From contig OX337240.1 of assembly GCA_946965045.2 (NCBI GenBank), positions 806,001 through 870,000 of the forward strand: a stretch of DNA of 64,000 bases. Direction: 5' to 3'. Source of the stretch: Epithemia pelagica (Eukaryota; Protista; Bacillariophyta). Shown here piece by piece: positions 22,481 through 35,355 of this stretch (the first letter of the stretch is position 1; every line of letters starts with the position of its first letter). A model generated the notes under the pieces. It did not search any database. It was not told the origin of the DNA and saw only the letters and a list, made by a program, of their open reading frames with translations. A program made the translations under genes and the position numbers.

Positions 22481-23037
22481 GAGGCGGAAGAATTCTCTGG
22501 CATCAAGAGGGGACCCTCAAACCATAGCTTTCCATCGCATAATAAGAATATGCCATGGATGAGACTATTGAAAGTGTAGATTGTACTCGTGTATTGTAGT
22601 GAATGCGGCCACAAAATCATTGCGAGCATGCAAATTGTGACAGTGCTCTTTGCCATGAAGAACGACTTGTCGGCTCACGTGAATTACGCCGGCCACCGCA
22701 TCCAGAGCGTGTCCAAGACTAAACCGTCCGAAACACGACCATGCAAACGACAGGCCAACTGACACAATCACGGACGACTCGGCTACACTCAAAGTCGTCG
22801 TTTTTGTTTGTCTCTCTTCTTGTCACTTGTCATCTTTCGTGCTGTTGGAAGATTCAGCATTGATCCAGCAAAAGAACTGTCTCTGTCTCTCGTTCCATCC
22901 AGCCGTAGATGGAAAGGTGAAACAAAGAAGAAGAACGATCCTCTTGGTGACGATTGCAGTGGCGTTTCCTGTTGGGGCAAGGAACGAGACGAGCGATTCG
23001 CCGCGTGGGCTACTGTCATTGCTGCTATTGTATCACC

Positions 23038-26000
23038 ATGATGAAAGCGGACGATGACGACGGCGAGGGTGTCGAACAACGGCAGTCGACCACGACCCGT
23101 CGTGCCGCCGCAAGGACCACAACGCCCGTCGTGAAACGAGCTCGCACGGCGGCACGACGATTGCAATTGGCGTGGCAAACGGCACGAACCCAGGCAAAAG
23201 CGCAACAAACCCTCCAACACTATGAAGGACTGCAAACCGAGTTATCACGAGATTCCTGGCACAAATCCACCCACTCGCTGTCAGAACACAGTGATTCCTC
23301 AACAACCAGTTTTTCCAACAGTGCCTTGTATCCAAATTCGTTGGACGACAACAACAGCAGCAATCACAGTCATGGCCACAACCGTGCTCGTTGTCGAACC
23401 ATTGACCATGCCATGGCTGGTTTGTATTCGCTACCCGTCGAATCATCATCATTATGTGGTCCACAACAAGTATTGGAGGAGCCCATGGTGCCCGTGTTGC
23501 CCTTGCATTCGTCCTTTCAATTGTCGCAAGGTTGGGATGCCTTGGAACATGCCGCCGCGGCCTCCCTCACTCCGCAAGACGTGGCCTGGACCGATTATTG
23601 GCAAGGCCAATTGTATCCAGGGCCGGCACTACCGCAACAAAAAGCCAACGAAACAGGATCTATGCAGCAACAACAACAACAGCAACAACAAATGGTTCAA
23701 GAATGGGAACAAGAAGTGTATCAGCTTTTGCACACGGCGACACAACGACCCTTGATGCACCTGTTTGAACGTGACGAAGAGGACAACCACAAGGATCAGC
23801 CATGTACAGGCCAGGAAATTTCACAATCCCCACAGGTGATTCATCACATGGACACACAGGAGGAAGAAGAAGAAAAGAAAAATGACAAGGAAGACCGTCT
23901 TCATGAACCGCAACCGCCAAGCTATACTCACACACAACCCAACAACAAGGCAACGAATTCCAATCCACAGCAAAACAACAACGATATCGAGGACGACGAT
24001 GACGACGACTTTGGAGATTTTCAATCCACCACGGCCTTTTCGAGCATGAGTGGTGCCGCGGTCACCACAGCTTCGACCAGTACCAATTCAAGTACCAACA
24101 CGCCCACATTGGTCGATAACCCTGATACATGTTCCGGCTCGTCCTTGCCGGTTTCGGATACAAATGACACGGACATCAATCCAGAACCGGACGTGGACGA
24201 AATGTTTCACACACCAGAACAACCACCACCAACGCCGCTGGCGGCTGCAGTGGAGGGTAGCCTCCATCCTGGCGAAAAGGAACAGAATGAAATGGCCAAG
24301 GAAGAGGAGGATCCCTCCAAAACATCCGATGGGACTGCCTCACTGATTGCTCGGGTAGACCATATTTTGGGCACTTCCGAAACGGTCGATTCACCGTTTA
24401 CGTCACCACACGAAGCAACGGCAACAACCACAACTTCTCAGTACTTGTCCACCCCTCAACTCGTACATATGGCGCAAACGTATTTGGGACCGGAAGCCAC
24501 CACAACGAAAAAGAAGCAAGCACTACCAACAAACAATGAAGCATTGCAAAGTGCTCTGGACAACAACCCAACCGGTGCGGCCTTGTCCCCTCTTTCCCTC
24601 CCACAACCATATTTGGAACCGTTTTCTCCCGTGTCTCCGCAATCCACGACAGCTACCACTCCCATTGTGGCCATGACCAAGAAAAGTTCCCGGGAGGTTC
24701 CGTCCTTGTCGCCACCCTTGCAACCAACCATGTTTCAATCCTCCTCACCCCTTCCTTCCAGTCCATCGTCTGCCTTTGATTCACCGGCACACTTGTCGTC
24801 ATCGTCATCGTCCGATCGTAAAGCACGACAAATAACCCCATTGCAACGACAGCAAGAGGCGAAACAAGATTTGATGGCGACACACGATCATGTCTTGATG
24901 CCAACACAGGAAGAAGAGGACGAATCTACGAGCGCGGATGCCGATTCAAAGGACCGACACTCAGCCGAACGTACGAGCCGAGATGTCAAGCTTTTTCCGC
25001 AAGAAATACCGGACTGGGGAGGAAACACCACATCTCTGAAACCTTCTTTATCGTTACCCTTGGAGGATCTCACGTCCTTGGAAGGACGATGGACACGACG
25101 ACGACAATTGGAATATCAACACAATCCACAGGGAACTGCACACAGTGTCGTGGAGCCACCTCGAACTGTACACACGGAGCAGAATGGAACCGAGCCACTG
25201 CAAGACTTGGCATTTTTGGCCCCTCGAGACGAAACGGTGCAACTACTCAATTCACTTCCCTGGGAATATGTGGCGGGGTTTGCCGAGAATGACGACCACG
25301 ACGGGGCCATGGAGGATACCCATGCGTTTCTCGCTTCTTCGTCTCTCCAACATGGCGGAGAATCAGAATTGTGGGATCAAGTCATGACGGACCGACTGTG
25401 CAAGTACGATAGTCGACTGGAGTTGGTTCAACATGAAATGGCTCGTCGTGTGGATCCAGCCAAAATGGAACAAGTCAATGAGTTGATACACATTTGGGAC
25501 ACCAATTTGCGTGTTGCCCAGGTGTACTATGAAAGGGCTGTGGAGTCGCTCTGTTCGGCCGTGCATCGGACCGACTTGCAATCCGAACATGCCACCGAAA
25601 TTCCTCAAGAAGAGGAGGGAATCGGCTTGTACGGGCAGTCCGTCCTGTTGGAATTGTGGCAAGCAAAGGAAGATTACAAATGCTTGGACGATTTGTTGAG
25701 CGAACTCCAATCCATGTTTGATATTGAACAAGAAATTATTCGACGCATTGACAACTTTGATGCGCAACAATCCAGTGCATTAGAAGAGTACCGTGACGTC
25801 CGGGCCTTGGCCGATCAGGTGATACAAATAGCCAGTGGACCGTTGTTGGCTTCCATGTCGTGCCTCTCGGAAACCCGCGATCGACTGGCGACGCTGGGCG
25901 ATCGTTTCTGGAATCGACTCCAACAACAACTGACCAATCTAGTGACCCGCGTGTGTCGTCGACGTTCACGTCCCACGAGTGCAGTCGTCAGTCGCTCCAA

Positions 26001-28679
26001 TAGCTTTTCGAGTGGCCGGTTGAACCACAGCAACAATAGCAAGATGAAGGCATTGCTCATGCGAAGTAACAGTACTACTAGCAGTGTTTCGGGGAGCAGC
26101 CTGAGTGAAACTGTAGCAACAGCGGTGGAACGAACGGAATACAATCGTATTGTTCAAATGCAAATGGATCGAAATACCGATTGGACAGAATATCAACGCA
26201 TTATACGGGCCGGTCTTGATCTGAAAAATGTCGCTGTGGTCGGTGATGCTGCATCTGCAAGTGCTTGGTCTCAGACCATTGTCGAGTCCTTATCCTTTGA
26301 AGCCATGCGATGCTTCGCAGTGGCCTTGCTTGATCCACCCGACCGACGACCCAGTCGTTTCGATCCAGATTTGGTCCAATTGTCAACGGAACTCAAGGAC
26401 TGGGGCGATGCGAGCAAACTCAGGCAAACGTGCCACAACCTTGTCACTATCCGATTCCAGTTTGAGGCTTCCGAATTTTACTTTCCTCGTGTGTATCAAC
26501 ACCTGTGCGATGGACTCATCAAGTAGGTCATCTGCTCATATGAGAAAGTTGGATTGTTCGCTCCTGTTTGTTTTCTAACGGTTCTCTATCTCTTTTGCAT
26601 TACAGTATCCTACGGATGGCGACTGATTTTGTTGAATTTCACCGACATGCGTCGTCCAACGCCGGAGAAGGCGATGGAGATGTAGCAAGGTTGGCAGCTC
26701 TCACGGTGGCTCTGAGTGAATCTCTTGAGCCGCTTTGGGCCCAATGCGAAGACGTTCTTGTTCAGTGTCTTGACGAATACTTGAACTTTGCTGGAAAGAG
26801 AGACTTTTTCTCGTTTCCTTCAACAAACCTGGAAAACGGAGAAACTACAAATACAACGATTGACGATTCGGTTTGGATTGAGGATCTGGCAGGCCTAGAG
26901 AACGTATTGTTGGCGACTGAGAACTTTCTGAGCTACCGAAGCTGGTTACTGGATACGGCAAAAACTACCAGCTTGACGTCAATGCTTGAGTCGGGTGGTT
27001 CGGAATCAAATCTGTTTGATCGTCTCTCACAGCTTTGTCAGGCTCATCTACGCTCCGTTCATGTTGAAATGATGAATTGCATGGGAAAACAAATATCGCA
27101 GGACAGCTGGGATTTCGTGCCTATTAAGGACGCTAGTGGCGTTGATTTGAAGGGCTCCAATACCTGCGATATTCTTCAAAAGGCTCTGGAAAGCAGACTG
27201 AACAAATATGAAGATGTTATGGAAGAACTGAAGGCATCGGCGGTGGGTAGTCTGGTGGGGACTTCTCTGACTGCTCACCGGGAAGAATGGTCTGGCTTAC
27301 TGGCCTCAGACAGCTTTTGTGACGAGACAGCAGTTTCTCAGTTCATGAATTCTTTTAGACCTTGCAGTAATGACGAGTCGTTCCGAGTTGCGCCAGTCAG
27401 CATTGGAGAAGGCTTCGTTGGATGGATCGCAAGACTCATCCTTATTGCTGACAAGTTGCCTCTTGTAGCTGACGCCATCGGTGATGTTGTTACAAACACA
27501 TTCGATCTCTATGTTACCACTGTTCTCCGTCTTTGCGCAGGAAACGCCAAAAACGAACGCGTGTTGATTGGCTGTGATCGTCCGCTTCCAATCCGTGCCA
27601 TAGTTGAGGACGGCCGAAGAAGTCCTCTTCCGATTGCAAAACGACCGGCATCACCGGCAGTCTTCTTTGGAAAAGAAAGAAGAAGAAGCAAGCCACCGAA
27701 AGCACAAATTGCTAGGCCTGTCCTACGAGAAGTTGACATCTGTGCTCCTCTCCTCAGAGACGAAGTTGCATATCTTGCCATGCGCAAGTTTCTGGTAAGA
27801 GCCCAAGAGAGCCTTCAAGGAATCGTCAACCTCGACCGAGTTGACAGTTGGATTCTTGATCCTGAAGGATCTTATGATCCCAGATCCTCTACTCGCATTC
27901 TTGAACGGAAGACATCGGCCGCCTGGAGCTGTTTTGTTCTTGCTTCTCTAGGTCGTCTTTGTTGCTCTCTCAGTTCCTCCAGACTTGTCAAGAGGCACGG
28001 ATCGATAGTCAGGGACAAGCTTCAATCACTTGAAGAATATATCCACTCGCTGGAAGTCGTTGTGCTTACACTCGCTGAATCGACTACTCTGTTTTCATGC
28101 GTGAAGGCGATCAACGGGCAAGGAATCGTTTCGAATATAATTTCTGTGGGTGCTGGATGGGAAGAGTGCAAGCTACATGAACATTCTAACGACTATGTCG
28201 AAGAATTGGTTGAAAGGTGTTCAACGGTGTGTGGTCTCCTTATGGAATCTGAGACGGTTGCTCCGCAAATCGCCATCGACTGTCTTGACCATGTCGTGCA
28301 GGCGGGGTACCTTTGTATGCTGGAAGGATTTTCACGAGTTGCATTTTGTTCCACGGAAGGACGAGCATTAATGGCCTTAGATCTGGCTTCCTTCTCAGCG
28401 GCAGGCGTTGGCAAGGCATCCACTAAACACTGTGAGAAGATCCAATTCACTGACACAATAAAGAGAGTTTCGCATTCCGACGGCATCAAAAGAGTCGACA
28501 CTTATATCAAAGTATTCTACTACCCCCGAGATGAAGTGTTAAAGTGGGTCAAAGAAAACTTTCTTGAATACAGCATGAGCCATTCTATGGCACTAGTTGC
28601 GAATTTTTTCGACTCCTCAGGAATGGAAGAAACACTCGACAATCTTCTCCAAGAAATAAAGAAAATTTATGAATCTTAG
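23038..28679 (+). CDS. VPS50: VPS50/syndetin (EARP subunit)-like protein with a long low-complexity N-terminus; intron 26523-26605
   Basis: C-terminal syndetin-like motifs CSTEGRALMALDLASF and VDTYIKVFYY..EVLKWVKEN. The GT..CAG intron joins the two ORFs in frame (LIN-ILRMATDF). The start codon is inferred. Confidence 0.8.
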
Positions 28680-28708
28680 GACTGACGCGGCTTCATTGGG
28701 ATCATATA

Positions 28709-31700
28709 CTATCGAGCCTTGGAGTGGACGGCGAGGCGAGCTGCTTCCATCTTCATTTTCCTGTCCACTTCGTTCAGAACAGCTTTCCTGATATCCGCTA
28801 CCCACGATTTCTTTTCCTCCAGAGAATTACAAAGAACGGCAAAGCGTTTTCTGGGATGATGGATTTCAAACATTTGTTCGCGATTCTTCTGAGTCTCAGG
28901 AAACCAATCTGTCACTTTCAATTGATGGAGTGGAAGTTCTTCATGCTGTGAAAACAACGAAACAAATTAGTTGATTGAGGACACTCTTTCCTCAAACAAG
29001 GAACGCTCATGTATCCGAACTTACTATAATCATTTTTGAATCCCCTTCTCTAGCATATAGAAGCAAGTCTGAAAAAAGGAAAAAGTGATAGAGTGAAACA
29101 CGTCCGGTGCGACCAGACTTTTTGATCAAAGGTCCGGAGCGAATAAACGACCGAGCTGGATCTTGTAGGAAAATATCGCCATCTTCTAGTGCAGCCACAG
29201 CTTTGGTCAACTCTGCTTTGTTTTTGACATCGTCGAATATCTCGGTTTGTACTGACCCCATCCATTCGTGGATATTCCGGAGTGCCCACGCTTTTCGGTC
29301 TTCGTCAGCGGATATGGCTTGCTCTAGTTCTATGTACCACTCCTCTCGTCGGAACGAGTCGAAATCTGGTGTCCCAACCCATCGTCCCTGGCGAAGCTCT
29401 TCAAAAGATTTCAATCGTCCCAACAGGCCAAGAAAAGCCGACTTTTGGGAAGTCATATTGAGACACACCGCCGTTGACAAAGCGTAGAGAAGAATATCGG
29501 CACACGATTCCATTGCTTGTAGGTCAAGATGTGCTGTTTCAAGACATGTATTTATGACACTATGCCAATGATGCCAGGTTTTTTCAGCAGCTTTCCGAAT
29601 TATATCTCGTGACGATACTTCCGGCGAAGTTTGCGAAGCTTGGGCAACATCCTCGAGTGTTGCGAAACGGAAATCATGTACTGCTAGTCCTCTGAGCAAA
29701 GACTCGGCACTTTGGATATTGTCCAGGATATCGCTTAGTTCCCTCTGTCCATCCTCTTTCAGACTTTCTTCCTCCAGTATGATAGGGTGTTTTTCAATAG
29801 ACTCGTACAGGGAATTGAGGTACTCCTTCGACACCTTGGTTCCTTGTCCGCTATTTCTTAGATTCGCGACAAAATCTTGTTTCGTCATCTTTTTCTTCCC
29901 TCGTGCACTCTTGTCGGATGCTTTGTGAAGGTCAGTGTTCAACATGATAAGAGCAAAGCATATCAGATAGACTTCGTCTTCATTTGGAAATGGACAAAGC
30001 ACAACATCGCCTGCATTGTCTTCGAAGAAGCATTCAGCGAAAGTGTTCATGATTCTGTCAACTTTTTGGGCTTCCCCAGGAAGCCGGAAGCCACAGTGAG
30101 TTAAGAAATGACGCAAAGCGTCGTCCAGATTCATTCCCAAAAACGAGATTGCTCTGACAAAGCCATGTCGAATTGAATTCCAGTATTCTTTCTCTGTGGC
30201 ATCAATGCCAGTTTCGCCCAAGTATTTACCAAGCTCTGCTTGGTTAAACCGGTCTTTGTGTAAACGTAAATATGTGGCAATTGCACGAGGTGTTGGGGTC
30301 AGTGCTCCACAAGCAACCAAGTAATCCACAGCTTTCTTTAATCCTTTCTTAGAAGCGATCCCAACAGCAACGTCAAGCGCGTACGCGGCAGATCCTTCCA
30401 AAACTCCCTTTGATGCCTCGTCAAAAGGAACAATCTGTTTGTTGTTCGTATTATCTACCTTTACAAGTTGAAGCTCGTTTGCATCCTTCTTACCATCCGT
30501 CAGCATCTTCATCGTTTCGGCAGAAGGATCGACATCACTCCAAGAAACAAACATAGTTGCAAACTGAGGACTCGTTGCGACACCCGATGATATGGCCAAT
30601 GCTCGGACTATTGATGCGATACATTCCAGAGACGCAGTCCGCAGCTTCCTGGCGGATTCTCTCATAGAGGCTTTATCTGTATTGGAAAGATCACCCGTGC
30701 CTGACTCGGCAGTCCCTTCCTGTGAGGAATGAATTTTCGCTCGATGCTCCTCTATTTGGTGCGCAATGACCTCGCCACATTGTTCCGTCATGGAACTAAC
30801 TGCAGCGCAAAGTCGTTGAAACAGTTTCCATCTCGTTCCTGGCATGGGTTGCAGAGACCCAGACGCATCAGAGGCCAAGTCAGTATCGTAGTTCAGGAAC
30901 ATCAGGATTGCATCTTTTGGATCGTCGTGTAACATTGATTTGAGTTGTCGTAAAAGTTCTAATTGATGGCCATGCAGACAAACTTCCGCGAATCGAAGAC
31001 GGTACTTCTTGTCTGGTTTCAAACGGGGTCCCAAGAGTAGGAAGAAAACAAAGAAATGGTCAATCAGAACCCCAAGCTCTGCCCTGCAATGAGACCGATT
31101 CACCGGCGACCGCCACAACTCGGCAACAATACGCAGAACTCGGCTGAATATGTTTTTATCCTGAAGAGCTGCTTTCGTATTTGATAGCAAACAAGGAACG
31201 ACCAATCTACGAACCGCGTAAGCCAATGTGTCAGTGGAAAAAGGTTTCCCTGAATGGGTGTTTTTACGCTCCATTTCATCCATCGCTTCTTGTTCATCGT
31301 TCCAATACTCCAAGAAATGGAGCAGGAGCTCAAGGGACAGCTTCTTGCTGGCAACATCCCTTGCCAGGAGATCCGTCGATGACGAAGCCCGTACTTTTCC
31401 AGAAGCGACCTTGACTAAGTTTGCCATGAGAGCAAACACAACCACGTGAACCTCTTGTGAGGCTTCCGAGAGATCAGGGTCTTTCCCGAATAGACCATTT
31501 CCACACACATTTATCATGTCGTGCCAGAACAACTCACTGCCACCACTACGGTAGATTTGATGGATAGCAATCTGCGCAAGATTTGCTCGTTCAACTTTAT
31601 CGACAGCTTTGTCAACGACCGTGGAAAGAACTTTGTCCAAAAGTGAGTCAAACGTCTTGTTTTCCTTGTTGGCGGCCCCTCCATCCCACACTGCAAGAGC

Positions 31701-34190
31701 AACGCAATTTTGGACAGCAGTCTTTCCTAGCCGAATAATGGAGAGCGAAATGAGCTCCTTGAACGCCAATGCTGCTGCTTGAGGAGCCCCTCCAGGAAAA
31801 TATGGACAGGGTTCTTCTTGATCCTTTGGATTCCACAGCATGCGAAAGTCTCCGGAGGCGTCTTTTGCGGACTTGCTGCTGGTCGTCCAGCATGCCGAGG
31901 GCCAGTTCCCAGATACGGTCGGAGAGCTGGCACCAAAGTAAAAGACAAAAAAGTAGAAACGAACCACATATCCAATCGTACGAGTATTCAACTGGGCATG
32001 GGAAAATTTCAAGGCCGCCGAGACGAATTCGACACAGGCCCCAAAGGTAGGTTCCAGAGCTCCCGATCCCGCGACGTCACACACGACCTGAATGGCTAAA
32101 TCCAGGAGGGTAAATCGGGTGCACGATTCATGGTCGTTTTCGTCCAAGAGAAAGACATCGTCATTGAAAAAGTCGGTAGTGGTCAGTAACGAGTACAGAC
32201 CCTCCACAGCCCGCAACGCCGCCCCACCATGGCGCGTGTAGCAGGCCGTTACAATGGGAACCATCAAGGTGATCCTGGACTGGTGCCGAAAGAGTGCCGG
32301 GGCTCGGGCATCCCGTTTCGCGGCCACATCAATCTCCGGTATGAAATCCAGAGCATTCAAAAGACCTCGGTACTCGGCATCATCTTCCGGAAGAACGGTT
32401 TGTGGAAGGGAATACATTTCCTGCTTCCGTCGACTGGAAGGCACTACTAGAGTCCCCGGCGAATGACCCACTTTGGAATTCGGAGTGGCGGGAGCTTGGC
32501 TCGCCGAGTCATCGAGAAGGGTCTTCCCTGCCTTTTCCCTGGACTTATTAATGAGCGATAGACGATTGGTGACCGAACTTGGACTCAACAGGGTGTGAGT
32601 GGATCGGTCCAGGACGTGGAAACGACCCACGTGTGCGGGCGTCACACAACCGGAGGTGGAGTAATATCCCTTGAGCTCTAAATTGTCCGGGGTCGAAGCA
32701 AGGCTTTTGTGGGTCCCCCGATAGACCGAGTCGTCCTCCGCTACTTTTCGTTTCACAGCCAACACAAACGGAAGAGGACGCAAGGCTTCTAAATTGGCCA
32801 ATCGTTGCCGAATCGCAAAAAAGAGCGGTTTGTGGGTAGCTCCTTGGTTCAGATCTGCCACAAAATTTCGGGGACTTCGCTCCACCACCGTGTATCCGGG
32901 TGGCACCAGATCGCCATCTCCCGGAGACAGTGGTAGGATTCCTGTAATGGGATTGCCTTCGCGAGATCGACGAAAGCAAATAAAGACTCGTTCCATGGTT
33001 CCAACGTCGGCTGGTTCCCCAACACATTCTTCATGCGCTGCTTTCCGGTTCTGTCCGTCCCGAACGACACTAAAGCCGGGTGGAATAAACTCATTCCGGT
33101 CCGGAAAAATGACCGTCAGAGCCGTGACGCAAGGCCTCTGTGCGGCCTTGTCCCAGTTGGGCTCTTTTTTGATATCCATATGCCAGGTGGATTTGCCTCG
33201 TCCCAGCTGGAACGGCTCTTCACCCTGTCTTATTCGATAGTAGCCGGTGGGAGGCGGTTTGTCATCCGGCGTTACGACAATGTCCAGGATCGCCCCCGTT
33301 TGAATGGACGTGTAGGTTTCATCCAGAAACAAGGGTCTCCCCAAAATCTTGGGGGGTTGTGGCGTCTTTTTTTTCTGTTTGGCGTCGGACCGTTGTTTTG
33401 GTTTGGCAATGTGACGCGCGTATTCGGACCCAAACATTTGCAGTCGAACGTTGGAACCCTGAGCAATGACCTTGAGTTTCTTGGATTCTTTTTTTCGGGT
33501 CCCCAATGTCCAAGACGAAGGACCACCCATTCGGTGGGTGGGTGAAATGGTGGTCGGTACCGGGCGTGTTTCTTGAGTGGTGTCCACTTGGAGAGGATTG
33601 TTTGGCGATTTTGCTTCGAACGTGTCCAACGTCCATTGGCACAAACTCTCCAAAGACTGTTGTCCTAGCATGTCTCGTTTTTGCACGGCATGAAAGCATA
33701 TCTTGCGATACTTGGAGACTGGATGGTCCTCGGAAAACTGTTGTGGGGGGCCATCGGTGATGGGTTTGTCGACCCGAAAACTCTGGAGCGAACGATCCAC
33801 GCTACTTTCATCCGTTTCGAACGATCCAGCCGACTGAATGAAGCTCGTCCTCCGACTTGTGGAAGACATGCTGTTGGATCGGGTAATTTTGTGGGACGTG
33901 TTGTTGTTGTTGTTGTTGTGGAAATTGAAATGCTTTCGTTCTACCGACATGGATGGTGACAGTACTGGATCCACGTTGGGACCCGATGATGCATTGGCGG
34001 GAGGGTAATCCTTTAACGCCAGTTGATCCAATACATTCTGCACAACCGTAATGGCCGAGGTCATGGTGGCTCCCAGGTCCTCCGACCCCGCACTACTACT
34101 ACTGGCGGGTGAGCTTGAACTGTCATGGCTTTCCAACAGAACCAGCTGGTTGCCCATGGCGTTGTGCACTCGGAATGCCTCTGCACTCAT
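28709..34190 (-). CDS. Large Sec7-domain ArfGEF (BIG/GBF-like) with N-terminal MABP and C-terminal PH domain; intron 28946-29024
   Basis: Sec7 motifs LGKYLGE, FRLPGEAQKVDRIMNTFA, LIMLNTDLH. MABP-like IPPGFSVV..VFICFRR..PITGI..VPPGYTVVERSP..ADLN. PH-like FFLFSDLLLYA..HEELPL..KKSWVADI. First ATG at 34190; the true start may be upstream. Confidence 0.85.
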
Positions 34191-35355
34191 TGTGGACGTT
34201 CGCGCAACCCAATCCCCTTCGTTCTCTCCCAATTGCCTCGCCGTTCTCTCTCTCTTTCTTTCTGTTGCTTCCCGGAAGAGTGAAACCGTGGGAAGGTGCC
34301 ACTTCTTCCTTTGTGGAATGCCGCGGCGCTTTCTTCGCGCCAAATCTGTGATTGTGAGTGTGCGGATGGTCGATGCTCGCCATGTGCTGGCGCGCTGGCC
34401 TGGACACGGCAACACATCCAATCAGGTCTGCGTCCGGGACTTTCTCCGTTCGTGGGATTCCGAATTCGGAACAGGATTTTACTCTAGAGAATTCTGTACA
34501 ACGGACCGAACCAATGGTGCGACTCCGCTCCAAAAGTGTGACAGAGACCCCGCATCCGCGCAATCCCGGCTCGTCGGCATCAGGGCCATGTGCCATCATC
34601 GACAATCGACAAGAGAGAGCAGTTGCATGGTTGCGCATCCTGTTCCATGTTCGTGGCATCAATCATGTGAACAAAGTAATTGGGAAACGAATCTTCCGCT
34701 AGATCGAGGGTCGTATAATAGTAGGATGCCGGGACTTTGGAGACTGGCGAAGGCCCAACAACGCACAAGATGTTTGGAGCTGATGGAACTCCCGTACTTC
34801 TATGGTACGGACGAGCAACGGAATCGGGCAACCAGACTTTGGCAACAGATCTTGTGACGGACTGCTCATTCCTCCCAAGAAGCGTTCCATCACCTCCGCA
34901 GATAGTATTGTCGACAGAAAACTCGGAAGCCTAGAGTTTCCCAACCCAGGTTTTGCTATATTGCTTTCAGTATCGTTCACAGTCCGTCGGAAAGCGCTAT
35001 CGAAACGCAAGTCGGAATAGATGCACTCGGCTCTTGCATGGTCAGCCTTCAACATGGAGGCCCGTAGGTCTATCGAAAAGAAGGTTCCCATATATACGAG
35101 TACGAGTACTCCTAGATTAATCCATCAGTTGAGGCAAAGGAGAAGGAGCTCGGGTAGCTCATTGTCGTCAAGATGCCTCACATCCTCACAACGACATTTT
35201 CCGCGTCTCACAAGCGACCTATCCGACAGGAGAAAGATCGGTGGAAAAGAGAGAGACCTCTCCGCCCGAAGATACCAAAAGAGAGAAATGAACTCTTCAA
35301 TCTCCTCGATTATCTAATACACGAACAAATAAAGGCGGAGACAGAGTCCAGAACG

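Noticed and set aside
22954-23037. TTG-initiated extension of VPS50 (likewise 34191-34421 for the ArfGEF)
   Set aside because: Non-ATG starts are unlikely in a nuclear gene; the first ATG was used instead.
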